From Planctomycetota bacterium (lineage in GTDB: Bacteria > Planctomycetota > UBA1135 > UBA2386): a stretch of DNA of 64,000 bases. The position numbers were made by a program, and so were the translations under genes. Numbering within the stretch: the first letter of the stretch is position 1; each line of letters begins with the position of its first letter. Positions 18,472 to 30,996 of this stretch are shown here, piece by piece. The stretch is from NCBI GenBank assembly GCA_965223545.1, contig OZ245006.1, forward strand, positions 1,248,001 to 1,312,000. Reading direction: 5' to 3'. The notes beneath the pieces were generated by a model that made no database searches, was not told the DNA's origin, and saw only the letters and a list, made by a program, of their open reading frames with translations.

Positions 18472-20238
18472 ATGCCGCGCCCAACCCGTCCACCCGACCC
18501 CGCGACATCATCAGCCCCGCGGCTCGTCGACCTCCCGCCCCGGGATCCGCGCGCCGGCGCCCTGGCGCGCACCGTCGGCGTGCCCGATCTGCTCGCGCGC
18601 GTGCTGCTGGCGCGCGGAGTCGACGACCCCGGCCTGGTGCGCCAACACCTGCGGCCCGAGCTCGATGCACTGCACGATCCGTTCGAGTTCGACGCGATGC
18701 AGCCCGCGGTCGACCGGGTGCGGCGCGCCGTCGCCGACGGCGAGACCATCCTGGTGCACGGCGACTACGACGTCGACGGCATTTCCGGCACGGTGCTCTT
18801 GCTCAAGCTGTTCGCCGTGATGCAGGCCAAGGCGGTGCCGTTCATCCCCCAGCGGAGCGACGGCTACTCCTTCAGCCAGGCGTCGTTCGACGCGGTGCGG
18901 GCCGCCGGCGCGACGCTGTGCATCTCGGTGGACAACGGCACCAACGCCATCGAGTGGATCGACCGCATCCAGCGCGCCGGCTGCGACGTCATCGTCACCG
19001 ACCATCACGGCACCACCGAGAACGTGGCCGACGCCCACTGCGTGCTCAACCCCCGGCTGCCCGACTCCGGCTATCCGGACCGCGACCTGGCCGGCGTCGG
19101 CGTGGCGTTCAGTCTGGCCAGCGCGGTGGCGAGGTCATTCTCCCGCGGACGCACGATCAGCAGTGAGTTTCAGAGCTTCCTGGTCGACGCGATGACCTAC
19201 GTCGCGCTGGGCACGATCGCCGACGTGGCGCCGCTGCGCGGCGAGAACCGGATCCTCGTGTTCCACGGCCTGCGCGCCCTGGCGATGAGTCGCAACCCCG
19301 GCATCCGCGCCCTGCTCGACTCCGCCAACTTGAGCAATCGGTCACCGACCACCGAGGACGTCGCCTTTCGCATCGCTCCGCTGATCAACGCCGCCGGCCG
19401 CATGGGCAGCGCGGTGCAAGCCGTCGAGCTGTTGATGGCGCGCGGCTACCAGGAGGCACAGGAAGCCGCCAAGGTGCTCGAGCAGCACAACAAGCACCGC
19501 CGCCAGGTCGAACGCGATCTGGTCGACGCAGTGCTGGAGGAGGCCGCCGGCATGGACGACCGGATTCTGGTGCTGGGTGGCGAAGGCTGGCACCCCGGTG
19601 TGCTCGGCATCGTCGCCTCCCGCGTCGCCGAATCCCTGCACAAGCCGACGGTGCTGGTGGCGTTCGATGGTGAGCGCGGCCGCGGCTCGGGCCGATCGGG
19701 CGGCACGCTCCACTTGCGCGACGCGCTGCTGGCCTGCTCGGACTGCCTGCTCGCGCACGGCGGTCACGCCGCCGCCGTCGGCCTCGAGATCGAGCGCCAA
19801 CGCATGCAGGAGTTTCGCGCCAACATCAACGCGCGCTGCGGCAGCCAGGTCGCGCCCATGCCACTCCCCCAGCCCGACGGCCAAGCCACCTTCGACGAGC
19901 TCGACGCGCGCAGTGTGCGCAAGCTGGACCTGCTCGGCCCGTTCGGCGCGGGCTGTCCGCGGCCGACCTTCGTGACCGACGGCGTGCGCGTCGTCGGCCG
20001 CCCCCAGGTCGACGGCCGCGGCGTGGACCTGCGCCTCAAGTTGGCGCAGGGCGGCTGCGTCCTGCCCGCGCGGCTGACCCGCGGCGCGGGCCGCTTCGAG
20101 GAGCTGCGCGCGGTGCGAGGCCCGGTGCGGATCGCCTACTCACCCCGCCTGGCCACCCGCGCCGAAGAGGGACCGGTGCACCTGCAGCTGTTTGACCTCA
20201 CCGTCCTGGATTCTCCCGCCAAAGAGCCCCGACCTTGA
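18472..20238 (+). CDS. recJ: Single-stranded-DNA-specific exonuclease RecJ
   Basis: HGDYDVDG, SVDNG, VTDHH, LAGVGVAF, ALGTIADVAPL.GENR, PLINAAGRM, GSGRS, GGHAAAVG, LGPFGAG. Confidence 0.93.
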   Translation: MPRPTRPPDPATSSAPRLVDLPPRDPRAGALARTVGVPDLLARVLLARGVDDPGLVRQHLRPELDALHDPFEFDAMQPAVDRVRRAVADGETILVHGDYDVDGISGTVLLLKLFAVMQAKAVPFIPQRSDGYSFSQASFDAVRAAGATLCISVDNGTNAIEWIDRIQRAGCDVIVTDHHGTTENVADAHCVLNPRLPDSGYPDRDLAGVGVAFSLASAVARSFSRGRTISSEFQSFLVDAMTYVALGTIADVAPLRGENRILVFHGLRALAMSRNPGIRALLDSANLSNRSPTTEDVAFRIAPLINAAGRMGSAVQAVELLMARGYQEAQEAAKVLEQHNKHRRQVERDLVDAVLEEAAGMDDRILVLGGEGWHPGVLGIVASRVAESLHKPTVLVAFDGERGRGSGRSGGTLHLRDALLACSDCLLAHGGHAAAVGLEIERQRMQEFRANINARCGSQVAPMPLPQPDGQATFDELDARSVRKLDLLGPFGAGCPRPTFVTDGVRVVGRPQVDGRGVDLRLKLAQGGCVLPARLTRGAGRFEELRAVRGPVRIAYSPRLATRAEEGPVHLQLFDLTVLDSPAKEPRP

Positions 20239-21203
20239 GCAACTCCAAGACCTCACCCTCCACCATGCCCTGGTGGGGTATCACGCTGCGCGGCATGGCG
20301 ATGGGCGCCGCCGACGTCGTGCCAGGCGTCTCCGGTGGCACGATGGCGCTGATCCTCGGCATCTACAGCCGGTTGGTGCACGCCATCAAGAACATCGACT
20401 TCGGCCTCGTGCGATCGGCGCTCGGCGTGTTCCGCGGTGGCTGGCGCGCGTTCTCCGCCGAGCTGTCCCGCCGCGATCTCTGGTTCCTCGTCCAGCTGAT
20501 GGCCGGCATCGCGATCGCGATCCTCAGCTTCGCCAAGCTGATTCCGACGATGATGGACCGCTACCCCGAGCACACGCGGGGGCTGTTCTTCGGCATGATC
20601 CTGGCATCCATCGCGGTGCCGTACTCGCTGATGCAGCGCCGCGGACTGGTCGAGTTCTGCGCGTTTGCCGCGATGACCGTGTTCGCGTACTGGTTCAGCA
20701 ACCTGCAGGCGCTCGACGTCCGCGCCAGCACGTGGTTCCTGTTCCTCTGCGGTGCGATCGCGATCTGCGCGATGATCCTGCCGGGCATCTCCGGCGCCTT
20801 TCTTCTGCTGATCCTGGGCCAGTACCGCACTCTGCTCGACGCCATCCACGAGCTGGACGTGGTCACCATCGGCGTCTTCGGCCTCGGAGCCGTGCTCGGC
20901 ATCACGTCGTTCTCCCGCCTGCTCAGCTGGCTGCTCGACCACGTCCATTCGCCCACCATGGCCGCGCTGTGCGGCCTGATGGTTGGCTCGCTGGCCAAGA
21001 TCTGGCCCTTCAAGAGCGGCGACGCCATCGTGCTCGAGGGCAAGACGATCTCCGCCGGTGCGAACGTCCTGCCGTTCGGCGAGGAGTACGGCGGCCCCGT
21101 CGCCGGGCCGATCGTCGCCGCCGCCGTCGGCTTGGGGCTCGTCGTCGTGCTCACCATGGTGGGCAACCGACAGGCACCGGTGAGTACATCGCAGACCGGG
21201 TAG
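20235..21203 (+). CDS. DUF368 family membrane protein
   Basis: GMAMGAADVVPGVSGGTMALILGIY and AICAMILPGISGAFLLLILGQY, GLMVGSL..IWPF. TTG start overlaps the recJ stop; ATG 20264 is an alternative. Confidence 0.9.
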   Translation: MSNSKTSPSTMPWWGITLRGMAMGAADVVPGVSGGTMALILGIYSRLVHAIKNIDFGLVRSALGVFRGGWRAFSAELSRRDLWFLVQLMAGIAIAILSFAKLIPTMMDRYPEHTRGLFFGMILASIAVPYSLMQRRGLVEFCAFAAMTVFAYWFSNLQALDVRASTWFLFLCGAIAICAMILPGISGAFLLLILGQYRTLLDAIHELDVVTIGVFGLGAVLGITSFSRLLSWLLDHVHSPTMAALCGLMVGSLAKIWPFKSGDAIVLEGKTISAGANVLPFGEEYGGPVAGPIVAAAVGLGLVVVLTMVGNRQAPVSTSQTG

Positions 21204-21240
21204 GGCAACTTCGCCGGCGACGAGGTAGGCTCGTCACGCC

Positions 21241-23931
21241 GTGAAGCGCCTGTTCTTGATCGATGGCACCGCGCTCGCATATCGAGCGCATTTCGCCTTC
21301 TCCACCAGCCCGCGCGGTGGGTTGACGACCGCCGACGGCCGGCCCACCTCGGCGGTGTACGGGGTCTTGACGACGCTGATCTCGCTGTTCGAGGCCGAGC
21401 AGCCCGACGCCGTGGTCATCGCTTTCGACGGGGCGCGCCAGGACCTGCAGCGCACCAAGGTGTTCGCCGAGTACAAGTCGACGCGCGACAAGATGCCCGA
21501 CGAGTTGGTCGGCCAACTCTCGCTGATCGAGCGCGCGGTCACCGCATACGGCCTGCCGATCGTGCGCAGCACCGAGCACGAGGCCGACGACGTCATCGGC
21601 ACGCTCGCGGTCGCCGGCCGGGAGGCCGGCATGGCGGTGTTCATCGTCACCAGCGACAAGGACTTCATGCAGATCGTCGGGCCGCGCATCCGCCTGTGGA
21701 ATCTGCGCGCCTCGACCCGCGCCCCCGACGTCATCGGCCCCGCCGAAGTCGAGGCCAAGTTCGGCGTCAAGCCGGAGCAGATGGTCGACTTGTTGGCGCT
21801 GATGGGCGACAGCTCCGACAACATCCCCGGCGTGCCCAAGGTCGGCGCCAAGACCGCCGCCCAGCTGCTCGTCGACTACGGTGACCTGGACACGGTGCTC
21901 GAACGGGCCGAGGAGGTCTCTCGACCGGCGCTGCGCGCGTCGTTGTTGCAGCATCGCGAGCAAGCGCTCCTGTCGCGCGACCTTGTTCGCCTGCGCACCG
22001 ATCTGCAGCTGGGCATTCGACCGGAAGAGCTGCAGCCCCCCAGTCCGGACCGAGCAACGCTGGAGGATCTGTTTCGCGAGCTCGAGTTCGAGTCGCTGTT
22101 GAAGAGCCTGCCGACCCAATCGGACACAGCCCAGCTGCCGACCGACTATTCCGTGGTGACGACCCCGGCCGCGACCGCGGCGCTGGTCGCCGAGCTGAGC
22201 GCGGCGGAACGCTTCTCCTGCCACGCGGAGATGGCGGGCAGCGCGGTGCTCGGACTCGCGTTCTCGCCGACCCCCGGCCGCGCCGCGTACGTGCCGCTGC
22301 CGGCGCGCGGCAGCGCGGACCAGAGTTTGGACGCCGACCTGCGCGACTTGCTGCGCGCCGGCGGCGACCGGATCGTCGCGCACGACTCCAAGACGCTGCG
22401 CCGCACGCTGTCCCGCCTCGAGCTCGACCCCGGGCCGCTGGCCGCCGACGTACAGCTGGCGTCGTACTGCCTCGCCGCCAACCAGTCGTCGCACGATTTG
22501 CAGGCACTGACCTTGCGCCATTTCGGCTACAAGCGCGCCCAGGACGAGCCGGCCAAGGGCAAGAAGAAGAAGCAGAAGACGTTTGCCGACATCGACCCGC
22601 ACGTCGTCGGCGAGCTCGCGGCGGCCGACGCCGACTACGTGCTGCGCCTCCACGAGCTGCTCGAGCCGCGGCTCGCCGAAGAGTCGGTCGACGGCGTGCT
22701 GCGGGACATCGAGCTCCCGCTCGTCGACGTGCTGTTGTCGATGGAGAGCGAGGGCATCGCCATCGACAGCGAGCACCTACAGCGCCTGTCGAAGGAGCTC
22801 GAGGAACGCTGCCAGAAGCTCGAGGAGCGCGTCTTCGACCTGGTCGGCGAACCCTTCAACCTCAACTCACCCGCGCAGGTCGGCCAGGCGTTCTTCGACC
22901 GCCTCGAGCTACACAAGGTCGCCGGCATCGCGCGGCCGAAGCGCACGCGCACCGGCCAGTACAAGACCGACGCGGCGACACTGGAGACGCTGGCCCGCGC
23001 GCACGAGGCACCGCGCCTGCTGCTCGAGCACCGCCAGCTCACCAAGCTGAAGGGGACCTACGTCGACAGCCTGCCGGCGCTGGTCAGCGAGCACACCGGC
23101 CGCGTGCACACCACGTTCAATCAAGCCGTCGCCGCCACCGGCCGGCTGTCCTCCGACCACCCCAATCTGCAGAACATCCCGATCCGCACCGAGGAGGGGC
23201 GCAAAGTCCGGCGCGCGTTCGTCGCCCGGGCTCGAGACTGGGTCCTTTTGTCAGCGGACTACAGCCAGATCGAACTGCGCATCCTGGCACACATGTCCGG
23301 CGACGAGACCTTGATCGAGTCCTTCCGCAACCACGAGGACATCCACGCCCGCACCGCGGCCCTGGTCCACGGCCTCGCCCCCGACGAGGTGACCAGCGAG
23401 CTGCGCACCCAAGCCAAGGCGATCAACTACGGCCTGATGTACGGCATGGGCGCCTCGCGACTGGCCCGCGAGACCGGTATGAGCCCCCCCGAGGCCAAGC
23501 GCTTCATCAAGGCCTACTTCGTCGCCCTGCCGGGGGTCAAGGCGCTGCTCGACCGCACGCTCGAGCACGCCCGCGCCGAGCGCGAGGTGCGCACCCTGTT
23601 CGGCCGCCGCCGGCCGCTGCCGGAGATCGAGTCGGCCAACGCCATGCAGCGCGTCGCCGCCGAGAACATGGCGGTCAACACGCCGATCCAAGGCACCGCC
23701 GCCGACATCATCAAGCGCGCGATGCTCGACACGGAAGCCCGCCTGCGCGATGCCGGTCACGAAGCTCGCCTGCTGCTACAAGTGCACGACGAGCTGGTGC
23801 TCGACGTGCCCCGCGGCGAGCTCGACGCGGTGCAGGCCCTGGTGCGCACCGCGATGGAAGGCGCCGCCGATCTCGCCGTGCCGCTCGAGGTGACCATGGG
23901 CTCTGGCGACAATTGGCTGGAAGCCCATTAG
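21241..23931 (+). CDS. polA: DNA polymerase I
   Basis: LIDG..LAYRA, EADDVIGTL, MGDSSDNIPGVPKVGAKTA, TGRLSSDHPNLQNIP, SADYSQIELRILAH, AKAINYGLMYGM, LLQVHDELV. Confidence 0.97.
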   Translation: MKRLFLIDGTALAYRAHFAFSTSPRGGLTTADGRPTSAVYGVLTTLISLFEAEQPDAVVIAFDGARQDLQRTKVFAEYKSTRDKMPDELVGQLSLIERAVTAYGLPIVRSTEHEADDVIGTLAVAGREAGMAVFIVTSDKDFMQIVGPRIRLWNLRASTRAPDVIGPAEVEAKFGVKPEQMVDLLALMGDSSDNIPGVPKVGAKTAAQLLVDYGDLDTVLERAEEVSRPALRASLLQHREQALLSRDLVRLRTDLQLGIRPEELQPPSPDRATLEDLFRELEFESLLKSLPTQSDTAQLPTDYSVVTTPAATAALVAELSAAERFSCHAEMAGSAVLGLAFSPTPGRAAYVPLPARGSADQSLDADLRDLLRAGGDRIVAHDSKTLRRTLSRLELDPGPLAADVQLASYCLAANQSSHDLQALTLRHFGYKRAQDEPAKGKKKKQKTFADIDPHVVGELAAADADYVLRLHELLEPRLAEESVDGVLRDIELPLVDVLLSMESEGIAIDSEHLQRLSKELEERCQKLEERVFDLVGEPFNLNSPAQVGQAFFDRLELHKVAGIARPKRTRTGQYKTDAATLETLARAHEAPRLLLEHRQLTKLKGTYVDSLPALVSEHTGRVHTTFNQAVAATGRLSSDHPNLQNIPIRTEEGRKVRRAFVARARDWVLLSADYSQIELRILAHMSGDETLIESFRNHEDIHARTAALVHGLAPDEVTSELRTQAKAINYGLMYGMGASRLARETGMSPPEAKRFIKAYFVALPGVKALLDRTLEHARAEREVRTLFGRRRPLPEIESANAMQRVAAENMAVNTPIQGTAADIIKRAMLDTEARLRDAGHEARLLLQVHDELVLDVPRGELDAVQALVRTAMEGAADLAVPLEVTMGSGDNWLEAH

Positions 23932-23952
23932 TCGGTGGATCCGGCGTTTCGG

Positions 23953-25509
23953 CTACCAGTGCAGCCGAAGCCAGTGGGCCCCGTCAGCATCCAGCACCAC
24001 GCAGAACAAGTCGTCGTAGTCCTCTTCGGTCAACTCCGGCGGGTCGGTAGCCCCGAGCGCCGCGAGGATCTCCGGCAACGTGTTGGAGTGGCCGGCGACG
24101 ACGACCACTTCACCGGCGTGACCGCTGCGCAGCGCCGCCGCCAGCTCTTGCGGCTGTCGCGCCGGCACGATCACCGGTGAGAGATCCTTCACCCCGCACA
24201 GCGGCGCCAGAGTCGCTTGCGTGCGGCGGAACTCGGTGGCGTAGGCGGCCGCCACCGGAACGTCGGCCAGCACCTGCGCGAGCTGGCGAGCACGCCGCTG
24301 GCCGACGTCCGACAGCGGCGGATCCGGATCACCCTCGACCTCTGCCTTCGGCGTGTGGCGGACCAGCAGCACGATGGTCGGCGACAGCGCCCGCCCGCTG
24401 TGGAACGCGCGGATGCGCGCAGCCACGCCGGCCATGAGGTCGTTGGGCACCGGCACGGTCAGGTTGTACTGGGCGACCCGCCACTCGCCGTCGATCCGTC
24501 GCAGCGCGCCACTGCCGCGACACTCGCCCAACCGGTCGTGCCAGAGGGACTCGTCGAACCACGCCACCTCGCCCCCGGGAGCCAGCTGCACGTGGCGTTG
24601 CTGCGGCACGTAGATCCACGCCGACGGCCGCTCGAAGTAGGGCAGCGCAAAGGCGCGAAACTCGGCCAGCGTCCAGCGCTCGGTGGCATCGGTGCCCAGG
24701 AACACACCCTCGGGCGCGAACCGCTCGAAGTAGCGCTGCTCGTCACCCTTCGCCGCGGCGTCGTGGAAGTCGTCCAGCGCCGCACCGGCCCCTTCCCAAG
24801 CGCTCGGCGGTTGGCCACCGGCATGCACCTCCACCAAATGCCGCATGAGCGCACCGCCATCCAAGCTCGGCGGCACGTGGCCTTCGCCATCGAAGATGGT
24901 CAGACTGACGTCGACCCCCGCCGCCACCAGACTGGCCGCCGCGTCGCGGGAGCGCTCGACCCACTCCCCGTCATCACCGCCGACGAACATGGAAACCGGC
25001 ACGCCGCGCAGCTCGGCGAGCCGGGCCGCATCGGACGCGGCGGGCGGATACCCGGGCAGTACCGTCAGGCTGAGAAAGTGCCCCCGGTGCCGGAGGGCAG
25101 TGCGGAACGCGCCGCGGCCGCCGTTGCTGGCGCCGGCGAGATGCAGCCGGCCCCGGGCGATGCGGAAGGTCTCCCGCACGCGCTGCAGCAACGGCCCCAG
25201 CGCGACCTCACCACCGTCCCAGAACTGTCCTGACCGCGGCGCGACCGGACTGATCACCACCCAACCGGCCCGCCGCGCCGGCTCGCCCCAATAGCGCGCG
25301 AAGCCGGCGCGCACCATTGCCTCGTCTTGCGCACCGGGCGGCAGTGCCAACAACACCGGGAAGGTCTCCTCGGCGTCGTAGTCGTCGGGCAAACCGACCG
25401 CGTAGCGCAAGACCTCGCCATCGGGCAGCTGCAGCTCCTCGAAGGTCGGCTGGCATGGCGCGATCGAGGTCAGCGTCCACAGCAGGCCACTCAACACCGG
25501 TGTCTTCAT
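23953..25509 (-). CDS. Secreted three-domain protein: alpha/beta hydrolase + SnoaL/NTF2-like + histidine phosphatase
   Basis: Signal peptide; GASNGG nucleophile elbow and GEGH; FLGTDATERWT..VAWFDE..ECRGSG..QYNL; LLVRH..RRTQAT..VVAGHSNT. Confidence 0.8.
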   Translation of the reverse strand: MKTPVLSGLLWTLTSIAPCQPTFEELQLPDGEVLRYAVGLPDDYDAEETFPVLLALPPGAQDEAMVRAGFARYWGEPARRAGWVVISPVAPRSGQFWDGGEVALGPLLQRVRETFRIARGRLHLAGASNGGRGAFRTALRHRGHFLSLTVLPGYPPAASDAARLAELRGVPVSMFVGGDDGEWVERSRDAAASLVAAGVDVSLTIFDGEGHVPPSLDGGALMRHLVEVHAGGQPPSAWEGAGAALDDFHDAAAKGDEQRYFERFAPEGVFLGTDATERWTLAEFRAFALPYFERPSAWIYVPQQRHVQLAPGGEVAWFDESLWHDRLGECRGSGALRRIDGEWRVAQYNLTVPVPNDLMAGVAARIRAFHSGRALSPTIVLLVRHTPKAEVEGDPDPPLSDVGQRRARQLAQVLADVPVAAAYATEFRRTQATLAPLCGVKDLSPVIVPARQPQELAAALRSGHAGEVVVVAGHSNTLPEILAALGATDPPELTEEDYDDLFCVVLDADGAHWLRLHW

Positions 25510-25569
25510 CGCTCAACTCCTGGGTCCGGCACAACGGGACTCGGCAGCAGAGCTCGATACCATAGGTGC

Positions 25570-28083
25570 ATGCGCGCTCTCCTCCCAGTTGCCCTCACCC
25601 TCCTCCTGGCCCATCCCGGGTACGGGCAAGACTCGCAGCGCACGATGCTGGTCCGCGTCACCACCGGGACGTTCGCCGAGGAGGCCGCGGTCCGGCGCGC
25701 GCTCCCCGACCTCGACATCGTGCGTCGCACTTCCCCACTCTCGCTCGAGGCGCTGGTCCACCAGCAAGAGCTGGAGGAGCTGCGCTCGGCGGGGTTCTCG
25801 GTCGAGGTCGTGCACCGAGACCTGGCACAGTTCTATGCCCAGCGCCTGCAGCCGGTGGAGTTCGATGCCTCGCCGACCGCCCGCACCGGCTTGCCGCTCG
25901 GCAGCATGGGCGGCTACCTGACCTACGACGAGATCAACGCGCTGCTCGACACGTGGCGCCAGCAGTACCCCAACCTGATCACCGCGCGCCAATCGATCGG
26001 CAAGTCGGTCGAGGGCCGCGATCAGTGGATCGTCAAAGTGTCGGCGAACGCCGACGCCGACGAGGCGGAGCCGGAGATCTTCTGGGAGACGTTGATCCAC
26101 GCCCGCGAGCCCGGCGGAATGATGTCGGCGATGCGCACCGTCGAGTATCTGCTGTCCAACTACGGCACCGACCCCGAAGTCACCGACCTGCTCGACAACC
26201 GCGAGCTCTGGTACCTGCCGGTGATGAACGTCGACGGCTACGAGTACAACCGGCAGACCAACCCCGGTGGCGGCGGGCTGTGGCGCAAGAACCGGCAGCT
26301 GGTCGCCGCCAACACCTACGGCGTCGACCTCAACCGCAACTTCGGCTACCAGTGGGGCTACGACAACCGCGGCAGCTCGGGAACGCCGACCAGCGAGACC
26401 TACCGCGGTCCCTCTGCATTCAGCGAGCCCGAGGCCCGCAACGTGCGTGACTTCATCACTGCGCGCACACCGCTCGGCATGACCTCGGGCTGGGATCTCC
26501 ATGCCTTCGGCCAGCTCTGCATGTGGCCGTGGGGCTACAGCGCGGCGCTGTCACCGCGGCATTTGGCCTACCAGGAGATGACCCGCGAGATGACGCGGGA
26601 GAGCCGCAGCGTCATCGGCACGATCTTCGCCGCGCTGTACGCCATCAACGGTGGCGCGGCGGACTGGTTCGAAGGCGGCCAGGGACTCTGGGGCTGGCTG
26701 CCGGAGATCGGTGAGGACTTCTGGCCGATCACCTCGCGCATCCTCGCCCTGGCCGAGGAGAACGTGCACATGCTGGTGACTTCGATCAAGTACGCCGGCC
26801 CCTACCTGGAAGAGCAGCGCACCGACTGGATCGAGGTCGGCGACGGCGACGGGGTCCTGGAGCCCGGAGAACGCGTGCAGATCGTGTCCTTCGCGCGCAA
26901 TCTCGGCGTGCAGACCGCCAACAACGTGCGCTTCGAGCTGCGCAGCCCGAACCCGTTCGCGCGCGTCGAGATCGGCAGCTCCCCGCTGGGCAACACACCG
27001 ATGCACACCGATGTCGACAACAGCCAATCGCCGCTACAGGCGCTGGTGCCGAGCTACACGGCGCCCGGCACGCGGCTGCCGCTCGAGCTGACCTACCGCT
27101 TCGACGGGCACGTGCTGCGCCACACGGTCGATCTCGTGGTCGGGCAGCGGGCGCTGCTGGTGCGCGACCCGTGCGAGACGCGCAGCTGGACCACCGGCCT
27201 ACCCGGTGACACCGCGGTCCGCGGCCAGTGGACCTGGGGTGACCCCAACCCGACGTTCTCGCACCCCGCCGTCCGCTACGCAGTCCAATCTGGCAACGAC
27301 CACACCCCCGACGGCGGCGTCAACTGCTACATCACCGGCAATCAGCAGACGACGCTCGCATCCGCCGACGACGTCGACGGCGGGCACACCACGCTGCTGT
27401 CGCCGGTGTTCGACCTGTCGACAGCGCGCAATCCGTACATCCAGCTGTGGTATTGGTTCGTCGACCACGGCCGCGTACCGCAAGACGACGTCTTGGAGAT
27501 CGCGGTCACCAGCGATGGGCAGAGCTGGGTGCCGGTTCTGCAGGAGACCCGCTCCCGTCCCGAGTGGCAGCGGCTGTTCTTCCGCCTGCGCGATTACGTG
27601 ACGCCGAGCGCCACCGTGCAGCTCCGCGTGATCGCAGCGGATGCGCCGGACAACAGCGACTGCGAGGCGGCGATCGACGATCTGCGCATCACGGACTACG
27701 ACGACGGTGTCCGGCTGACCGCGGGCGGCCCGGCGCGCATCGGGCAGACCGTCGCGCTCCAGCTGCAGGCAACTCGATCGGCCAACCAGCCATACGCAAC
27801 CGCAGTCGCCCTCGGCACGAGCCCGGGCATCGCGCTGCCGAGCGGACGCGTGATCCCGCTAAACCCCGACCCCCTCTTCGCCACGGTCGCCTCCGTGCCC
27901 GCCGTGTTTCAGAACTTCGTCGGCCAACTCGACGCAGCCGGCAACGCGACCGCAGGCATCGCGATCCCGGCATCACCGAGCTTGATCGGCACCACACTGT
28001 TCGCAGCGTTCGTCACCGGCAGCCCGGGCGCGCCGGAGGGGATCGCCGACATCAGTCCGGCGCTGCCACTCACGATCCAGTAG
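25570..28083 (+). CDS. Secreted M14 zinc carboxypeptidase (carboxypeptidase T-like) with C-terminal beta domains
   Basis: Signal peptide; IHAREP, NVDGY, WRKNR, GVDLNRNF, YRGPSAFSEPE, DLH, PEIG; DVDGG.T.L.SP domain and a C-terminal domain. Confidence 0.92.
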   Translation: MRALLPVALTLLLAHPGYGQDSQRTMLVRVTTGTFAEEAAVRRALPDLDIVRRTSPLSLEALVHQQELEELRSAGFSVEVVHRDLAQFYAQRLQPVEFDASPTARTGLPLGSMGGYLTYDEINALLDTWRQQYPNLITARQSIGKSVEGRDQWIVKVSANADADEAEPEIFWETLIHAREPGGMMSAMRTVEYLLSNYGTDPEVTDLLDNRELWYLPVMNVDGYEYNRQTNPGGGGLWRKNRQLVAANTYGVDLNRNFGYQWGYDNRGSSGTPTSETYRGPSAFSEPEARNVRDFITARTPLGMTSGWDLHAFGQLCMWPWGYSAALSPRHLAYQEMTREMTRESRSVIGTIFAALYAINGGAADWFEGGQGLWGWLPEIGEDFWPITSRILALAEENVHMLVTSIKYAGPYLEEQRTDWIEVGDGDGVLEPGERVQIVSFARNLGVQTANNVRFELRSPNPFARVEIGSSPLGNTPMHTDVDNSQSPLQALVPSYTAPGTRLPLELTYRFDGHVLRHTVDLVVGQRALLVRDPCETRSWTTGLPGDTAVRGQWTWGDPNPTFSHPAVRYAVQSGNDHTPDGGVNCYITGNQQTTLASADDVDGGHTTLLSPVFDLSTARNPYIQLWYWFVDHGRVPQDDVLEIAVTSDGQSWVPVLQETRSRPEWQRLFFRLRDYVTPSATVQLRVIAADAPDNSDCEAAIDDLRITDYDDGVRLTAGGPARIGQTVALQLQATRSANQPYATAVALGTSPGIALPSGRVIPLNPDPLFATVASVPAVFQNFVGQLDAAGNATAGIAIPASPSLIGTTLFAAFVTGSPGAPEGIADISPALPLTIQ

Positions 28084-28210
28084 CGCCGGCGCCGACCGGT
28101 CGCTGGTGAACTCCGCACCGCGATTTCGGTGGTTGGCCGGAGGTGCGGGACCGCCGCGGTGGCCTAGGGTCGGGCTCCTTCAACCTCTCCCTGCAAACGG
28201 AGCCCTGACT

Positions 28211-28507
28211 GTGGAACAGATCGTCCCCTGGATCGTGCGGATCATCGGCGGTGCGCTCGGCGGCAACATCGCCGGCGGCATCCTCAAGAACCTGAGCCTC
28301 GGCAAGCTCGGCAACTCACTCGCCGGCATTCTCGGCGGCGGCCTCGGTGCTCAGCTGCTCAGCATGCTGGGCATCCTCGGCGGCGGTGAGGCAGCGGGCG
28401 GCGGCCTCGACCTCGGCAGCATCCTCGGCAACCTCGGCGCCTCCGGCGCCGGCGGTGGCGTGCTGATGGCGATCGTCGGCGCGCTGAAGAAGATGTTCGG
28501 CAAGTAG
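28211..28507 (+). CDS. Small glycine-rich (glycine-zipper) membrane protein
   Basis: IIGGALGGNIAG..LK.LSLG.LGNSLAGILGGGLG..SGAGGGVLMAIVG. GTG start with GGAG upstream. Confidence 0.85.
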   Translation: MEQIVPWIVRIIGGALGGNIAGGILKNLSLGKLGNSLAGILGGGLGAQLLSMLGILGGGEAAGGGLDLGSILGNLGASGAGGGVLMAIVGALKKMFGK

Positions 28508-28530
28508 CCGCAAGGCGCGGGCGCGGCTGT

Positions 28531-30957
<2,427 letters not shown>

Positions 30958-30996
30958 GCTGCGGCCTGCGCGCTATCGATGGGACCCAGCCACCCG

